DNA from: Lama guanicoe
Lineage: Eukaryota
DNA length: 64,000 nt
Assembly: GCA_013239625.1 (NCBI GenBank)
Contig: MU054001.1
Coordinates: 3,946,167-4,010,166 of the forward strand
Direction of reading: 5' to 3'
Part shown: one piece after another, positions 12,808 through 25,389 of the stretch
How the letters are laid out: every line of letters begins with the position of its first letter
Position numbering within the stretch: position 1 is the first letter of the stretch
The notes under the pieces: model-generated
Databases searched by the model: none
What the model was told of the DNA's origin: nothing
Seen by the model: only the letters and a program-made list of their open reading frames with translations
Program-made: the position numbers and the translations under genes

Positions 12808-12943
12808 TTTTTTTTTATTTGGGGAGGGAGGAATTGGGTTCATTTATTTATTATTTTATTTTTAGAGGAGGTACTGGGGATTGAACCCAGGATCTCATGC
12901 ATTCTAAGCACGCACTCTACCATTTGGGCTATACCTTCTCCCC
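12808..12943 (-). mobile_element. tRNA-derived camelid SINE (Vic-1-like)
   Basis: Reverse complement reads ggggagaaggtatagcccaaatggtagagtgcgtgcttagaatgcatgagatcctgggttcaatccccagtacc (A- and B-box-like tRNA head), then an AT-rich segment and poly(A). Degenerate TSD tggttacccca/ttgctccccca. Confidence 0.85.
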
Positions 12944-13149
12944 TTGCTCCCCCAATATTATCATTATTCATTTAACGGAATCCTTCTCCTACTGCTCTGC
13001 TATGTAGTGCAGCACCTGACACACTAGACACAGGGGTTTCACCACCATCATCATCAAAATGAAACAGCAATCAGGAGCAGAATCAGGACTGGCACCCAGA
13101 AGGTATGGAAACATAACTAAAATCCCAGTTTCCTGCCTCCCCAGCCACT

Positions 13150-14150
13150 GGCCTCGCCACTGTCACACCACAATAGTTCACACCTGCTCCCGCCTATCCC
13201 GAAACCATTCTCCTCCTTCCGATAATAGAATCTGGGTTTTCTCTCGTGGACTGCCCCTCCCCCATCTCAAGCCATGTGGCTTATCGGGGGCTGATCCCAC
13301 CCCAAGCTTCCGGGATGCACCCAGCATCCAGACCCAACCAGCTTCTTTCATCCTCATGGCCATGTGTCCTAGGTCAGTGCCAGAGGAGAGTTCATGGTGA
13401 AGCTGACCAAGATAAAAGTTTCTGGGCCCCTGGCCTGCACGGGTCCCTTCCAAGTTGGAATGTGTTCACATGGTTGTTTGTTTCTGTGACATTTTCAGAA
13501 TCAGGTCTTTTATCCTCAGTCTGTTAAGAATGCTATCTCTCTCCACGCTGACTTTCCAGATGTCTCTTTGTGTCACGTGGTGTTGGAGTGAACACAGGCA
13601 TTTCTGGAATCGAGCTAAGGGGAGGTTGAGTTGGGGACCTATTTATTTAGGCTTAGAGGGAAATATATCTATATTTAATATAAATACAGTGTGAGTCCAT
13701 CATTGTGAAAGAGAATCTTGTGTTCTTTTACTTAAAGGAGGTCCCCCGAATTGGATAAGCTTTGGGTCCCATGAAACCTAGACCTACCTTGTCCAGTAAA
13801 GTGAGAATCAAGCTTTTGCAAGAAATAATGGACTAGGGGGCTCTCTTTCACCTGTGATGGCTCATCTTAGAGGATGTGAGCGCCCAGAGCTGGGCAGTCA
13901 TTTGTGCACCTTAGTGGGAGAGACTAACAGCACACAGAGAGACGTGATGGAGAGAGAGAATGAATGTGTGTGTGTGTGTGCACGTGTGCACGCCCGCGCA
14001 TTTGCGTGTGTTGACGACATGGTTTGAGCTCCTGGATCCAGCCAGCCCCTCTTAGGCAAGATCTACCCCTAGGATTTTTCCATTTCACGAGCCAGATCTT
14101 AAGCGAGCTTGGGTTGAGCATCCAAGAGAACCCAAAGAATCCCAACCTAA
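13150..14150 (+). mobile_element. Old ERVL/MaLR LTR (LTR33-like) split by a DNA-transposon fragment at approx. 13420-13792
   Basis: LTR 5' motifs at 13200-13410 and 3' motif gagctcctggatccagcc at 14026-14043. The intervening piece ends gaattggataagctttgggtcccatgaaacctagacct, like a hAT-type terminus. Confidence 0.45.
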
Positions 14151-15029
14151 CGATCCATCACTCAGAGCCCCTGCCTGCTTTTCAGGAAAAACAAAACCAC
14201 CACCAGAACAGTAATTGACCCCATGCAGTCCTCTGGAAGGTGGTTTCCGGCAGGTTCCACCAGTGGTGTCCACTCCTTCCTGGGTCTTTTTCTCCACATT
14301 CCTGCCTCCTCAGGTCACATTTTTCTGTAAGCAGATTTTATTTAAGGGCCAGTTGTGACTGAGGGGAAAGAAGAAAGGGGGAAAAAGTCTGCCCAACAAA
14401 TAGCATTCTGGCCTTTTTTTCTCATCAGAGCCTAAGGTTGATGGCTACTCTGCTTTGAGGTTTGAATAGGATTGAGATGAACCATCTGTTGGAGGAGGGA
14501 GGGGGGAACGCTGGGAGAGGGCGAGGGAAAGGGAAAAAAGCCTTCTTTGGGCTAAAAATACCACGGCCCTTCCACTCTCCCCCCATCCCCGCCCAAGTTA
14601 AAACATGTGATGAAATTCAACTTTAAAAATCTAACCCCGAGCTACTTGAAACTATGAAAGCCTCCTCGGTATCTGACACAAGTCAGAATTTCCACTGTTC
14701 AAGCTGAGCTTTTATGAAGATCAGACTTGAGAGAAACTGCTGTCACTGCTGCAACCGGGCTTCTGGGGGGACCGCAGTGGAGTGGAGTCGGGGCGACCGA
14801 CGCGCGCCAGCAGGACAGGTTCTGAACTGAGGGAGAGAAGCCAGCGGGGTGGGGCCCGCCTGCCCCCTCCGTCTGGGGGTCTCCGCTGCTCCTCAGTGAA
14901 CTCCCCTTCCTCTCAGACTTCCAGGGAACCGCCAGCCAGCCCCACCGATTGACAAGCCTTGCCCGGGGCTCCTGAGGAGCTGTCTGTGGCCCCTTCCAGA
15001 GAACCTGAGAAGTCCTCTCTCTCTCTCTC

Positions 15030-15910
15030 CCCCAACAACTGCCCTCCTGAACTCCAGACCTGGGGTCCAACTGTCTACTCAGCATCTCGACTTGGATGTC
15101 AAACAGGAATCTTGAACCCAACACATCCAAAAACAAAAGCCTTCACCTCGAAGTGACACCACCAATTCCTTAGTTCCTTAAGCCCAAACTCTAAGGTGTA
15201 CCCGGGACCCCTTTCTTTCCCTCATCCACCTCCTCTCCACCGCACCTCCGTCTCCCACCCCTTCTGCCCCGCCCCCAGACCCATCCACTTCTCTCCAGCC
15301 TCCCAGCTCCCAGGCGAGTCCAATGCCATCCCATCGCCTTTCCCCTGCACTCCCCAATCACCTCCTGCTTTCATTGCTTCCTTCCTCCCCCTGAAAAACC
15401 CATCCTTCCCAGCAGCCCCAATTATCTCCTTAAAATGGAAGTCAGAATCTGGCATTTACCTACCTCAAAACTTTCCAATAGTTCCTTTTCATAAGCAGCA
15501 TGAGACCCAAGTGCATGGCTCCACCCTTGTCGGCTGCCCCACCCTCCTCTCCAGAGCCTTCTGTTCTTCCCTAAACCACACATCCTTCCACCTGGGGGCT
15601 GTGCTCACTCCAACTGGCTGCTCTCCCTTCCCGTCCTCCCAGGGCTGGCTCCCTCCTCCATCTGCATCTCTGCTGAAATATCACCTCCTCAGAGAGGCCT
15701 GTCACACTCCACCCTTCCCTGGGTTTTACCTCTTTGCGAAGCACCACTCCCAGAACCTTGCATGCTCACTTCCTGGATGATTTATCCACTGCCTGCCCCC
15801 CTCCCACCAACAGTCTGACAGCAAGGCCCACCTACCTGTTTGTGGCTGGAACCCAGGGCGCAGCAGGGCCCCACACCTGCAGCAGGTACTCCGTAAATAC
15901 TCACTGAATA
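15030..15910 (+). mobile_element. L2 LINE 3' fragment
   Basis: ctgaactccagacc...tccaactgtctactcagcatctcgacttggatgtc, aaatatcacctcctcagagaggcct, and tail gcaggtactccgtaaatactcactgaat. Confidence 0.8.
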
Positions 15911-16162
15911 AGGAGGTGTTAAAGGCCTGAGTTCTGTTCCCACTCTGCTGTGTGACCTTGGACTGGTCACATCCCCTCTCTGGGCCTCAGATTTCCTACC
16001 ACAAATGAAGGGAACTAAAGGCCTCCCAAGGGCTCCTCTGCTCAGTGAATGGTTGACATCTCACACCTGGGAGCCTGGATGGACTGGAGCGGGGTACACG
16101 GGACCTGCCTGGGGGCCTGACTTCAGTAACTGCGTGGTGGTGCTTCATTCATCTAGTGAGTA

Positions 16163-16752
16163 CAGCTGGTCCCTGACTTGCGATTTTTCGACTTTACAAA
16201 GGTGTGAAAGCGATATGCATTCAGTAGAAAATGTACTTCGAATTTCAAATCTGGATCTTTTCCAGGGCTGGTGACCTGCAGTATGGTCCCCTCTTGTGAT
16301 GCTGGTAGCGGCAGTGAGTCAGAATCCTGACTCCGGGGGCTCTTAGGGGCTTTTAGTCCTGAATGAAGGCAGGACCAGAAGGCAGGACTGGGTTCTGTGG
16401 AGTCAGCTTTCTATAGAAGTAGCCAAGCTGAATCAGCCACCCGATCATGGGGCACACAACCCATACACTGACACCCATCCCGCACCCAGACAACCATTCT
16501 GTTTTTCACTTCCAGTACAGTATTCAACAAATGACATGAAGTATTCAACACTTTATTGTAAACAGGCTTTGTGTAAGATGATTTTTCCCTAGTGTAGACT
16601 AACATGAGTGCTCTGAGCACGTGTAAGGCAGGCAAGGCCATGCTATGATGGTCGGCAGGTTGGATGTATGAAATGTATTTTCGAGTAACGACATTTTCAA
16701 CTTATAATGGCTTTATCGGGACGTAACGCCATCATAAGTCAAGGAAGATCTG
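16163..16752 (-). mobile_element. TcMar-Tigger non-autonomous element (Tigger5/MER47-like)
   Basis: TIRs cagctggtccctgacttgcgat and (revcomp) cagatcttccttgacttatgat; TA target duplications at 16161-16162 and 16753-16754; internal ttttcacttccagtacagtattcaa typical of MER47. Confidence 0.85.
16326..16431 (+). repeat. Dispersed direct repeat, copy A (106 bp, copy of 17448-17553)
   Basis: Ungapped hand alignment to 17448-17553 with 10 mismatches in 106 bp. Confidence 0.95.
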
Positions 16753-17447
16753 TATTTACTGAGCTCTTACGGCATGCCAGACTATGTCATGCACTGGGAG
16801 TAGAAGGAGACATTCAGAGATTCTAATAGGATTAAAGAAGCTTTGAAAATAGGCCCTCTTTGATCTGGACTAGTAAATAATTACAAACACCAGTTGGCCC
16901 CTCTTCAAGAAAGATGGACCCACGAAACAAGAGTCACGGCAGCTTGCAGACATTGGCATACTCTGTACCAGGGCTGTTCTCTGGGCTTCCATAAATAACC
17001 TCGCTGTCTTCATAGGAACTCTGAGGAAGAAGTGCTATGGCTGCCCCCAACAAGAGACCGGGGAAACTAAAGCACAGAGGAGTTAAGTGAGTCACTCAAG
17101 GTCACACAGTGATTTGTAAACCAGGCTGGATCTGGGGTCTGACTTCAGAATAAAGGGAGGAGGGCGCCTCTCATACACTATGATAGGGTTGGAAGAAGAC
17201 AGGGCTCGGTGGTGCAGACTGGGACAGGTCCTGAGCTCAGTGGGGCTGCTCCACCTTCCGGGTCTCAGTCCTAACACCGCTGCCCTGCTCGGCAAGACCT
17301 GCCACTCCTGGTACAGCCACCCACAGGCGAGGGAAGCAGAGAACCCACAGACCTGCCAGGCCAAACCCGAGCTGAGCCAAAGCGAGGCCTGCCTGGCAGC
17401 AGCCCTGGGAGCCTGGAGGGAGGGCCTGGCCCCCAGGATAGAGGCCA

Positions 17448-17553
17448 CCTGACTCCAGGGACTTTGAGGGGCTTTTAGTCCTGAATGAAGGCAGGACCAG
17501 CAGGCGGGACTGGGTTCTGCAGAGTCAGCTTTCTATAGAAGATGCCAAGCTGA
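17448..17553 (+). repeat. Dispersed direct repeat, copy B (probable source)
   Basis: Shares aggggcttttagtcctgaatgaaggcaggaccag...gagtcagctttctatagaag with copy A. Confidence 0.95.
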
Positions 17554-18120
17554 CTGCACTCTGCCCGCTTTCACCCCTAAGCAAAGAGGTGGAAAGACAA
17601 GAAACAGCCATGATGCTGAGGGTCCGTGGGCAGAGGCCGAGGATGAGAGGGAGGAGTGAGCCAAGAGGCTGGACAGGGGTGAAGTCGGGTCACAGCACTA
17701 GGTGCGGGGAGAGGGGCCCCAGAGGGAGGGGCCTGCGACCACTTACAGGTATTTCCCGCCTGACGGGCACAGAGCAGTAGTGTCGTCAATGCCGGGTCAG
17801 GAGGACACCCCCAGACACAGCGCTTCCTGGAGGCTGCTCAGGGTGACACAGGTCTGCCAAACAGGCCTGGCACCAATGTCCACCTCAGGCCACAGGCGGC
17901 CACCACTTGTCATCCTGCCCAACTGGAGAGGTGGGGATGGCAGGTGGTAGTGGAGTGAGGTGTTGGGTGACCGTCCCTGGTCCTCAGTGTCCTGCGGGGT
18001 CAGCAGAGGAGGGTCCCTCTCCCCTTCCCCTGCAGCCGCAGGTCCTGCCTGCCACGCCCACGGCCTCTGGAGTGCGGGACTCTTCCTGCTCACTTTGTTC
18101 TCGCCACAGTTCAAAAGGAG

Positions 18121-18172
18121 CTCCCAGCCCCAGCCCTCGCTCCCAGCCCCAGCCCTCGCTCCCAGCCCAGCC
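18121..18172. repeat. 19-bp tandem repeat, approx. 2.7 copies
   Basis: Unit ctcccagccccagccctcg at 18121-18139 and 18140-18158, plus a partial copy. Confidence 0.85.
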
Positions 18173-19744
18173 TTAATCTCCCATCCCACGAGCTCCCAGC
18201 TGGCCAGTTAAGGCAGTTAAGATGCTGGATTAGGGGCCGGCTTTACATAACAACGCAGGAGCTAAAGCCGTCCTCTCCTGGGATGGCTAAAAGACTTCTT
18301 TTTATCTTCACGCCTCAGATGGCCTTTTTTCTCCCTTAACAGCCCTCCAGCCAGCCAAGAGGCAATGAACTTGGCCAACAGGAAGACAAAGAAGAGATTC
18401 AGGCTTCAGCTTGCTCTCCCTTGGCCCGGAGCATAGACGGATGCCCGCAGCCCCAACTCTGGGGCCAGGTGGATGCTTCTCTGTGGCCAGGACTTGGCAG
18501 CACCCATTCTCAACAGGCCTGGCCATGGGGTGGCCTGCCGTCCACAGCCATGTCCTCTGCACTGGGGGGTGGGGGTGTGGCCTTTGACCTGGAGCCAAGG
18601 GTGGCTGGAGGACCACAGTCACTGGGGCCAGCATCCCTTCCAAGAAGTCTCAGGAGCGACACAGGCAGCCCCACGCCACTGCTTTATTTACTTACTCTTC
18701 TCGCTTTTTAACTCTGTTGTGAGTCTCCCATTTCAAAGGAATATATGATTACATTCTTCTTGCAAAAGTTAAAAGATTAATTACAGTTAATGCTACAAAC
18801 CTCTTTGACCACGCTTTCCAGTTTTAGTCTCCTCCTCCCCTGCCCAGAAGGAGCCACTGTTTTTGTCTGTCTAGACCTCCAGCTACATGATAATATATAG
18901 ATGAATGTGCTATTCACTCACATATACAAGGAAATACAGAGTACTGCCCACGCCCTTTTTTACGTAAAAGATAACATACTGTTTATAACAGACATCTTTG
19001 TCTATGCATATATCTGACTGCATCTTTCTGCAACCTAGTCCGTTTTACACTTTGTGCTTCTGCGTGAGCTTCTGTTTGAAGAAAGGGGCTGGAAACTTGA
19101 AAACCTAGTCTAACCCCTAGTTGGGAAACTGAGTCGGACTAGTGGCTCCCCTTCCCTTGTCAGTGGTGGCATCAATGTGCCCGGACACCATCCAGGCAAG
19201 GCACCCTGGCTGCCCTCAAAGCTCGACCTGTAGCTGTCAACCATGGGGACAGATCGCGTGCCACCAACCTCAAGCCTTTTTCCCGACAGGAGCTGGGAAG
19301 CTTGGGCACCTCATATTTATCCCCCATCTGTCAGCCAGTGTTTGTCAGTGCCACCCCCGCCCCTCCACAGCAGTTCATCCTCCCTGTAAGGTGCCCACAT
19401 CCTCTGAGCATCCACCAAATCCAGCTCCATGTCCCCAAGCATCATGTTACTGATGGCACGGGACCCAGAGACGGAGGAACTTGGCCAAGGTTCACGGCAA
19501 GTCACTGTGGGAGCTGGGAGGGAGCCAGGTCCATGGGCTCCTAGGCCAAATGTTCTTTCTACTTCATTACAACAGGGCTCATGCTCTGAATGCAGTGACT
19601 GAACAAAGTACTCTCCCTTTCAGAAAGAGAGGTTGATGCGATAGGCAGGCCATTTCATGTCTACAGGGAAAGATGCCTCATTTGAAATCAATTACATGAT
19701 TTTAGACTGAGCCTCAATGGACAGAAGTGCCTTGTGTTTTGCAG

Positions 19745-20200
19745 GAACCAGGGACTCAATAAATGATGAATAGATAGATAGGTGGATGATAATTGGAGGA
19801 TGGTTAAATGGATTAAGGAATGAGTGATGGATGATGAATAGTTGGGCAGAGGATGGATTATGGGTGGCTGAGGGATAGCTAAGGGCTGGCCAGCTGATGG
19901 GTGAGTAACAAAAGAGGAGGCAGATGAATGAACAGGCAGTGATGGAAGGATAGGTGGGTGATAGGGGGAGCAACAGATGAATGAATAAGTGTTGGATAAG
20001 TGGGTCATGGATTATTGGGTGGGTGATGAGTGAGTAATGGGTGGATGAATGAACAGATAGATAAATGGACAGATGGGTGATTGGATGGATAGTGAATGGC
20101 TGGTGGATGGAATAGATGGGGAGGCATGAATGAACAATAAAATAAAGTTGCTAAGTTCCCCAGTGAGTGAGCAAATGAATAAGTAAGTGGAATGAATACT
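19745..20200. repeat. Degenerate (TGGA/TGAA)n low-complexity tract following an L2-like tail
   Basis: Begins ctcaataaatgatgaatagatag and continues with approx. 450 bp of ggat/gaat/gggt tetramers. Confidence 0.8.
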
Positions 20201-21617
20201 GAAGCCCATGTAATCCACATGTGAGGGGAGGGGGGGTCACCTCAGTCCCCAGGGACATCCTGCAGACCTTCACCTGACTCCCCGGATCTTCTCTAGGCCC
20301 CAAGTCCTGGCATCTCTCCACAGAGCCAAGGATGACAACTGAGGGTTGGGAGAGCCCAGGGAACAATGAGAATCAAAGCCCCTGAGCCCCTGAGTGTAGC
20401 TACCAGATCCACAGGCAAACACGCTCAAGGCAAACACCCCAGAGCCTGGGCAGAGTCATGTCCACGTGACTCCTCCTGCTTCTGTGAGGGATCTACTTGT
20501 ATCTGAGCAAAGTTTGACAGAAATCTGGGTCCCCAACCAGCTTCCAACTCCTGGGCCACTGCGCGAGTCTCTTAAAACAGTGCTTGTCAAAGTGCAACAT
20601 GCATACAAGTGACCTGGGGAGCCTGTTACAGAGCAGGATGGGGGCCAGGGATTCTACACTCAACACAGCTCTCAGGCCCAACGTGGCCACAGTCCTCGGG
20701 TCTGGCCCAGGCTCCCCTCCAGAACCTCCTGGCACAGACTACTCTCCTCTCAAGGCCCTACAGGACCCTCAAGGCCCGGATTCCCCCCAGAGACCCCTGG
20801 GTGCCCAGCTTTCCTGACAGCTACCTGTCCTGGTCTCAGTAGAGAGGACTTTACTGTCCTACAGGTGCCCCAGTTTGGCAATTCTCTCCTCTGTTTCTCA
20901 GTAAAAAAGGGAAATGCTATCTCATTTATTAAGTGTTTTCTGATGCCAGCCAGTCCTTGCACCAACGCAGGGACTCAGGCAGGAAACGGCCCTCATTCTT
21001 ATTCTACAAACGTGGAAACTCAGGCTTAGAAAGGGAATGTGGCTCCCCAAAGCCAAATCAGCACACCAGGGGCCAGCCGGCCCTCTACTCAAGGGTCCTA
21101 ATTCTGTCTGCAATGTGCTGCTTCCCCTTGAAGAAAGAATGGAGTGAGAGCAACAGAGGAGAGCAGTGAGGGGCTGGGGTGCATTTGTGTGTGTGTGCAC
21201 GCCTGTGCTCCATCCGGGTGGGTGACGTGAGTGGAAAAAGGGGGAAATACAAGGACTACTTCGTGCAGTGCTTGCTACATGCCCAGCCTGCTTGAGGGTC
21301 CTATGAGTGGCTACTGTGATCACCCTCAATGGGGAAGCTGCAGTCAAACAGCCTGTCCAGGACCCCACAGCTGATACAGGGCAGAGCCAGGATGTGCACC
21401 TGTGTGGTCGGGCTCCACCCCAGGCATGTCCCTAAGAGGTGCTTTACTTCCCCCTTGCTCCTCACGCCACCTACCCCTAGACCACCCCTATCAAGAGTCA
21501 GAGTCCTGTCCTCCACCTGGTTTGCAAATTTTCTGGAGGAGACGTGGGGCATGAGGTAGACCAGATGGCCCTTTTCCACTTCACTGCCCTTGGGAAGGGA
21601 GTGATGGACTCTAGTAC

Positions 21618-21684
21618 CTTCTAGCCGAAAGTCTTCCTCTTCTTCCTCGCTGAGCGTTTCTCTGAAAACTTCGCCCACAAGCTC
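21618..21684 (-). CDS. NKD1: NKD1 coding exon (approx. exon 4)
   Basis: Encodes ELVGEVFRETLSEEEEEDFRLE plus G. Acceptor ctttgtctttctctag|GAG, donor GAAG|gtacta; 67 nt, phase 0/1. G+TG forms Val with the next exon. Confidence 0.95.
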
Positions 21685-24600
21685 CTAGAGAAAGACAAAG
21701 CAGGGATATTAAGGAAGTATCAGGGTCAGATAGGAACCTAGCATTGTCACCATCAAGGTGGTATCATGAATGTGTGAGTGGCTGGATGCAAAGAAGCAGG
21801 GACCCCGTTCTGATTCTTCTGATGGGAACTTAGGTCAACTAGGTAGATTCTATCACACATGAAAAGTTAATTATTGCACTGCTTTTTAGGAAGTAAGTTT
21901 TTCCTCAGCCTACAGCCCGCTATGGAGCACTACACAGGACCACACTTCTCTCTCGGAAAGGGAGTTCGACACCCTACCCTGGAAAAAAACAAAGACAAGA
22001 TGAGAAAATGTCCCTCCTCTATCCCTCTGAGCCACTTGATGGACCAGGACCACAGCTTCCCCTCTGAGTTCCAAGAAGAGATCCCAATTTGGACCCTTCC
22101 TGTACCAGAGGGGCCCAGGTGGTGCATCTTGGTGGATTTATCAAGAGGGCATGGTGTGCTGGTAGGGCAGGTGCCGACTACCCTTAACATAAACTCCAAC
22201 TCTTTAGCACAACATCCAGGAACCTACAGGCTTTGGCACCAGCTGACCTTCAGTCACACCTCCCGCATCTCCCCGACACACACACCTTCCAGCAACTAGC
22301 CTGACCCTTGCACACGCCTTGCCTTGGTTCCCACGTGTGAGTTTAAAATGTCCGGTATCTCATCCCACGTGGCAGAGCTGCTCCCAATCAGCCTGGTCAG
22401 GCTACCACCCAGGTGTTGTCAGGTTGGCAAGGGGAGTTTGCTCAGTCCACGGGCTGGGAAATTTCCGGGATGTCAATAAAGGTCTGATCTAGCTGACCCC
22501 ACCCCAGCAGGATCACCTAGACGGGGAGGAGAGCCGCTCGTCAAGCTGTCTTCCGTATTTAGGGGTATTCTGCCAAGAGGAGTTCTGTGATCAAAAGAGA
22601 TTGTTTGAAACAAAGTTAAACAAGATCCCTTACTGCAGGACTTACTACGCTAAAGGACACTGAGGATCTCAAAGTAGCACTTTATGTTGCATACCCCAAA
22701 CCTACTCAGACCACGAAGTTTTGTTTTTCAAAAGCATTACATGGGATTCGTGTTCTGAGGAACCCACGGTGGCAAATGTTCCCCTTTTGGGGGAGAAATG
22801 AGGTTTGGTTGGGGGCAGCGTCCACAATGCTTATCTCTCTTGATATCCACAGTGATGCCAGGCAGTGCTTCTCCAACCACAAAGTGACAAGCGATAAAAA
22901 AAAAAAAAAAAGCTTGAACTCAGCAGCTGTCACCAAGTTCTCTTTTTTGGGAAAAAAAAAGTATAAAGAAAAAGAAAAAAACACCCTCTTCTTGAAAAAT
23001 GAAAAGAAAAAGAATCCTGCACTGGAGATGCTTTAAAAGAAAAACCAGTGCTCGCCTTGATTAACAAAAGAAAAACAATGCTTTTTCTAGTTGATCTTAT
23101 CAATTGGACACAGCTGGAGAGAAGCCTTGTGTGTGTTTTTAAAGATGAACAGCTAACATTATATGGATTAGGGCTGGTCTTCTCTGTTCTCATTCTTCTT
23201 TCAAATTGTTCTGGGGCATTACACACTCTCTCTCGGAGGTTCTTAAAATGTGGTCATTCAGACTCCTGGTGTCCCATGGACTTCAAAACCAGGCTACTTT
23301 ATTCCTCAAGTCGGGATGGCTTCTCTCTCCTCCTTTACCAATTATAATCACCGAACACTTCCTGGACTTGTAAACTGGCTGTTTGTGTTAACAGAGCTGG
23401 AGCTGACAAGGGGACTGGGAGACGGTGACAGGAAAAGAGCTGCACTCGGCTGGCATCATTAGATGGCTGGGACGCCCCGGCAGCCAATTAAAGCCCATCT
23501 TTCATGCCGGAGGAAGACGGATGCCGCTTCCCAGAAAGGCTGGCAGGCAGCACTTCCTCACAGGAGCAGGCGACCATCTTCAAGGGAAGCAAGAGACCTG
23601 TTCACGCTGGGGCCTTGAGGAGGACGGGATCTGGCAGTGACCTCGGTCGTCACCTTGACCGCTCCTGGCAAGGCGGACAGGACCCGTGAGATGGATACTT
23701 TTGGGAACTTGCAACTTTTTACTGGTATACTCAGAGAAGTTTAAAGGCTCCAAATGTCACCACCAACAAAGCAGCCGTCTGGAAGTCCTATAACGATGCC
23801 TCTCGGTGTGTCTAATGCACCCACAGTCATCACTCTGATGGCGGCTTCAGTGCTCTCAGAGAAGACCTGTCTGCTGGGGGGACCTAGCTCTCTGACATAT
23901 TAAAGATATGTCTCTGCACATTAAAGCAGAGTTCTGGCAAGTTCTGGGGTTGCCCTCTTCCTGCTAAGCCTTACCCTGCTCTGTACAACCCAGCGAAAGC
24001 TCCTCAGCGCTACAGTCTGCTGACACACAGTGCAGAGCAGGTGCTCAGCTGTGGCAAAAATTCATTTCTTCCACTGACCCAGACAGCCTGGGACCTGAGA
24101 AGTGCAGTGTCTGTGGCCCTCAAGCTTTGAATCACTGGGCCAGAGGCAACACAGAATGCTAAGCCAGACAGGATCACATCCTGGCTCCACCGCCTCCCAC
24201 GCCCCTGGATGTGCGGCCAGCCACTGCCTTCTGGGAACCTCAGTCTACTTATCTATAAGTGGGCACGTGGATAAACTATAACAATAACAAGACAGCTGAC
24301 GCTTATTATGCATTTCCTACGTGCCGGGCACCATGCCAAACACTTTATACATGTATTATCTCCCTCCATCATCACAACAGCCCTGCTCTTTCCATCTCTC
24401 AAGGAGCACATGCTCATAAAACTGATCTGCAAATTGTAAAGTGAGAGGTGTAACTGTTATTGTTTTCTTTGACAAAGTGCCCCATCCCTCAAGGAATGAG
24501 ACAGGACAATAATGCTGACAACGGTCACTTATATCACCAAGTACTCACGGTGCATGAGGCACCGACTGACAGAATATTCACCAGAACCTCCAGAGAACGG

Positions 24601-25389
24601 GGTTCCCAGCAGCCCTGGGTTTAAATGAGGAGGAGGCTCCAAGAGGCCAAGCAACTGTCTCTGGATCATCAGCAGAGCCAAGACTTGAGCCAGCACCTAG
24701 TGGTGCCTGGCCTGAGCCCAGACAGTGGAATCAGGGCTCCCATGGGCATGGGGACAGAGGTGGCCCAGAGTCCCGGCACTTGTCAGGGACCAAGAGTCAT
24801 GCTTATGGAAGTGCAAGAAAACAGCCCAGCAGCTCCAGAGGGTCAGGGGCCAAGTACTCCCAGCTGCCCTGCAGGACTCAAAGGCCCCACGGCTCCTCCC
24901 TACTAGGTTTAAGACTGGACCAGGCTATGGCCAGGAGCCTCTGCATGCAAGGTTTGGGGCCAGGCCCTCAGGACCATCCTGCAGGAAGGCACTCAGACCC
25001 CCTCAACAGCCACAAGCCCCAGTGGGAGCCCCAGCACAGAGGGTATGGGGAATGGAACTGGCATTATTCAGACCTTGGTTCAAAGCCCAGCTCTGCCTCA
25101 CACCAGCTGGCCATCTGGATGAAGGAGCTTTATCCCCCAGTGTGCCTCAGTCTCCCCATCGGTACACAGGGAGGACAGCACTCACCCAGTCTCAGGGTGG
25201 GTGTGAGGATTAACTAAGTCACTGCACATCAAGTACTGAGCGTTATACCTGATACCACGACTGGGGCTCGGCAGACATTGGTACTGCTTATTGCTTCTAC
25301 TCTTATCGTCAGAAAGCCACTGGAACATTGCTGGGAGAAGCTGAAAGGCCCAAGGTGCCCTCGCAGACATGGAGAAACATGTTCTTGTC

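Noticed and set aside
12865..12943. Possible tRNA gene
   Set aside because: It is followed by a SINE-type AT-rich body and poly(A) tail with a degenerate TSD and has cloverleaf mismatches; it is a SINE head.
14607..14676. C/D-box snoRNA-like arrangement (GTGATGA ... CTGA, 70 nt)
   Set aside because: It is antisense to the host gene, has no terminal stem and no convincing C'/D' boxes, so it is likely chance.
21301..21617. Open frame continuing approx. 105 codons past the 67-nt exon donor
   Set aside because: NKD1 similarity stops at the GT donor, and the extension is unremarkable read-through into GC-rich intron.
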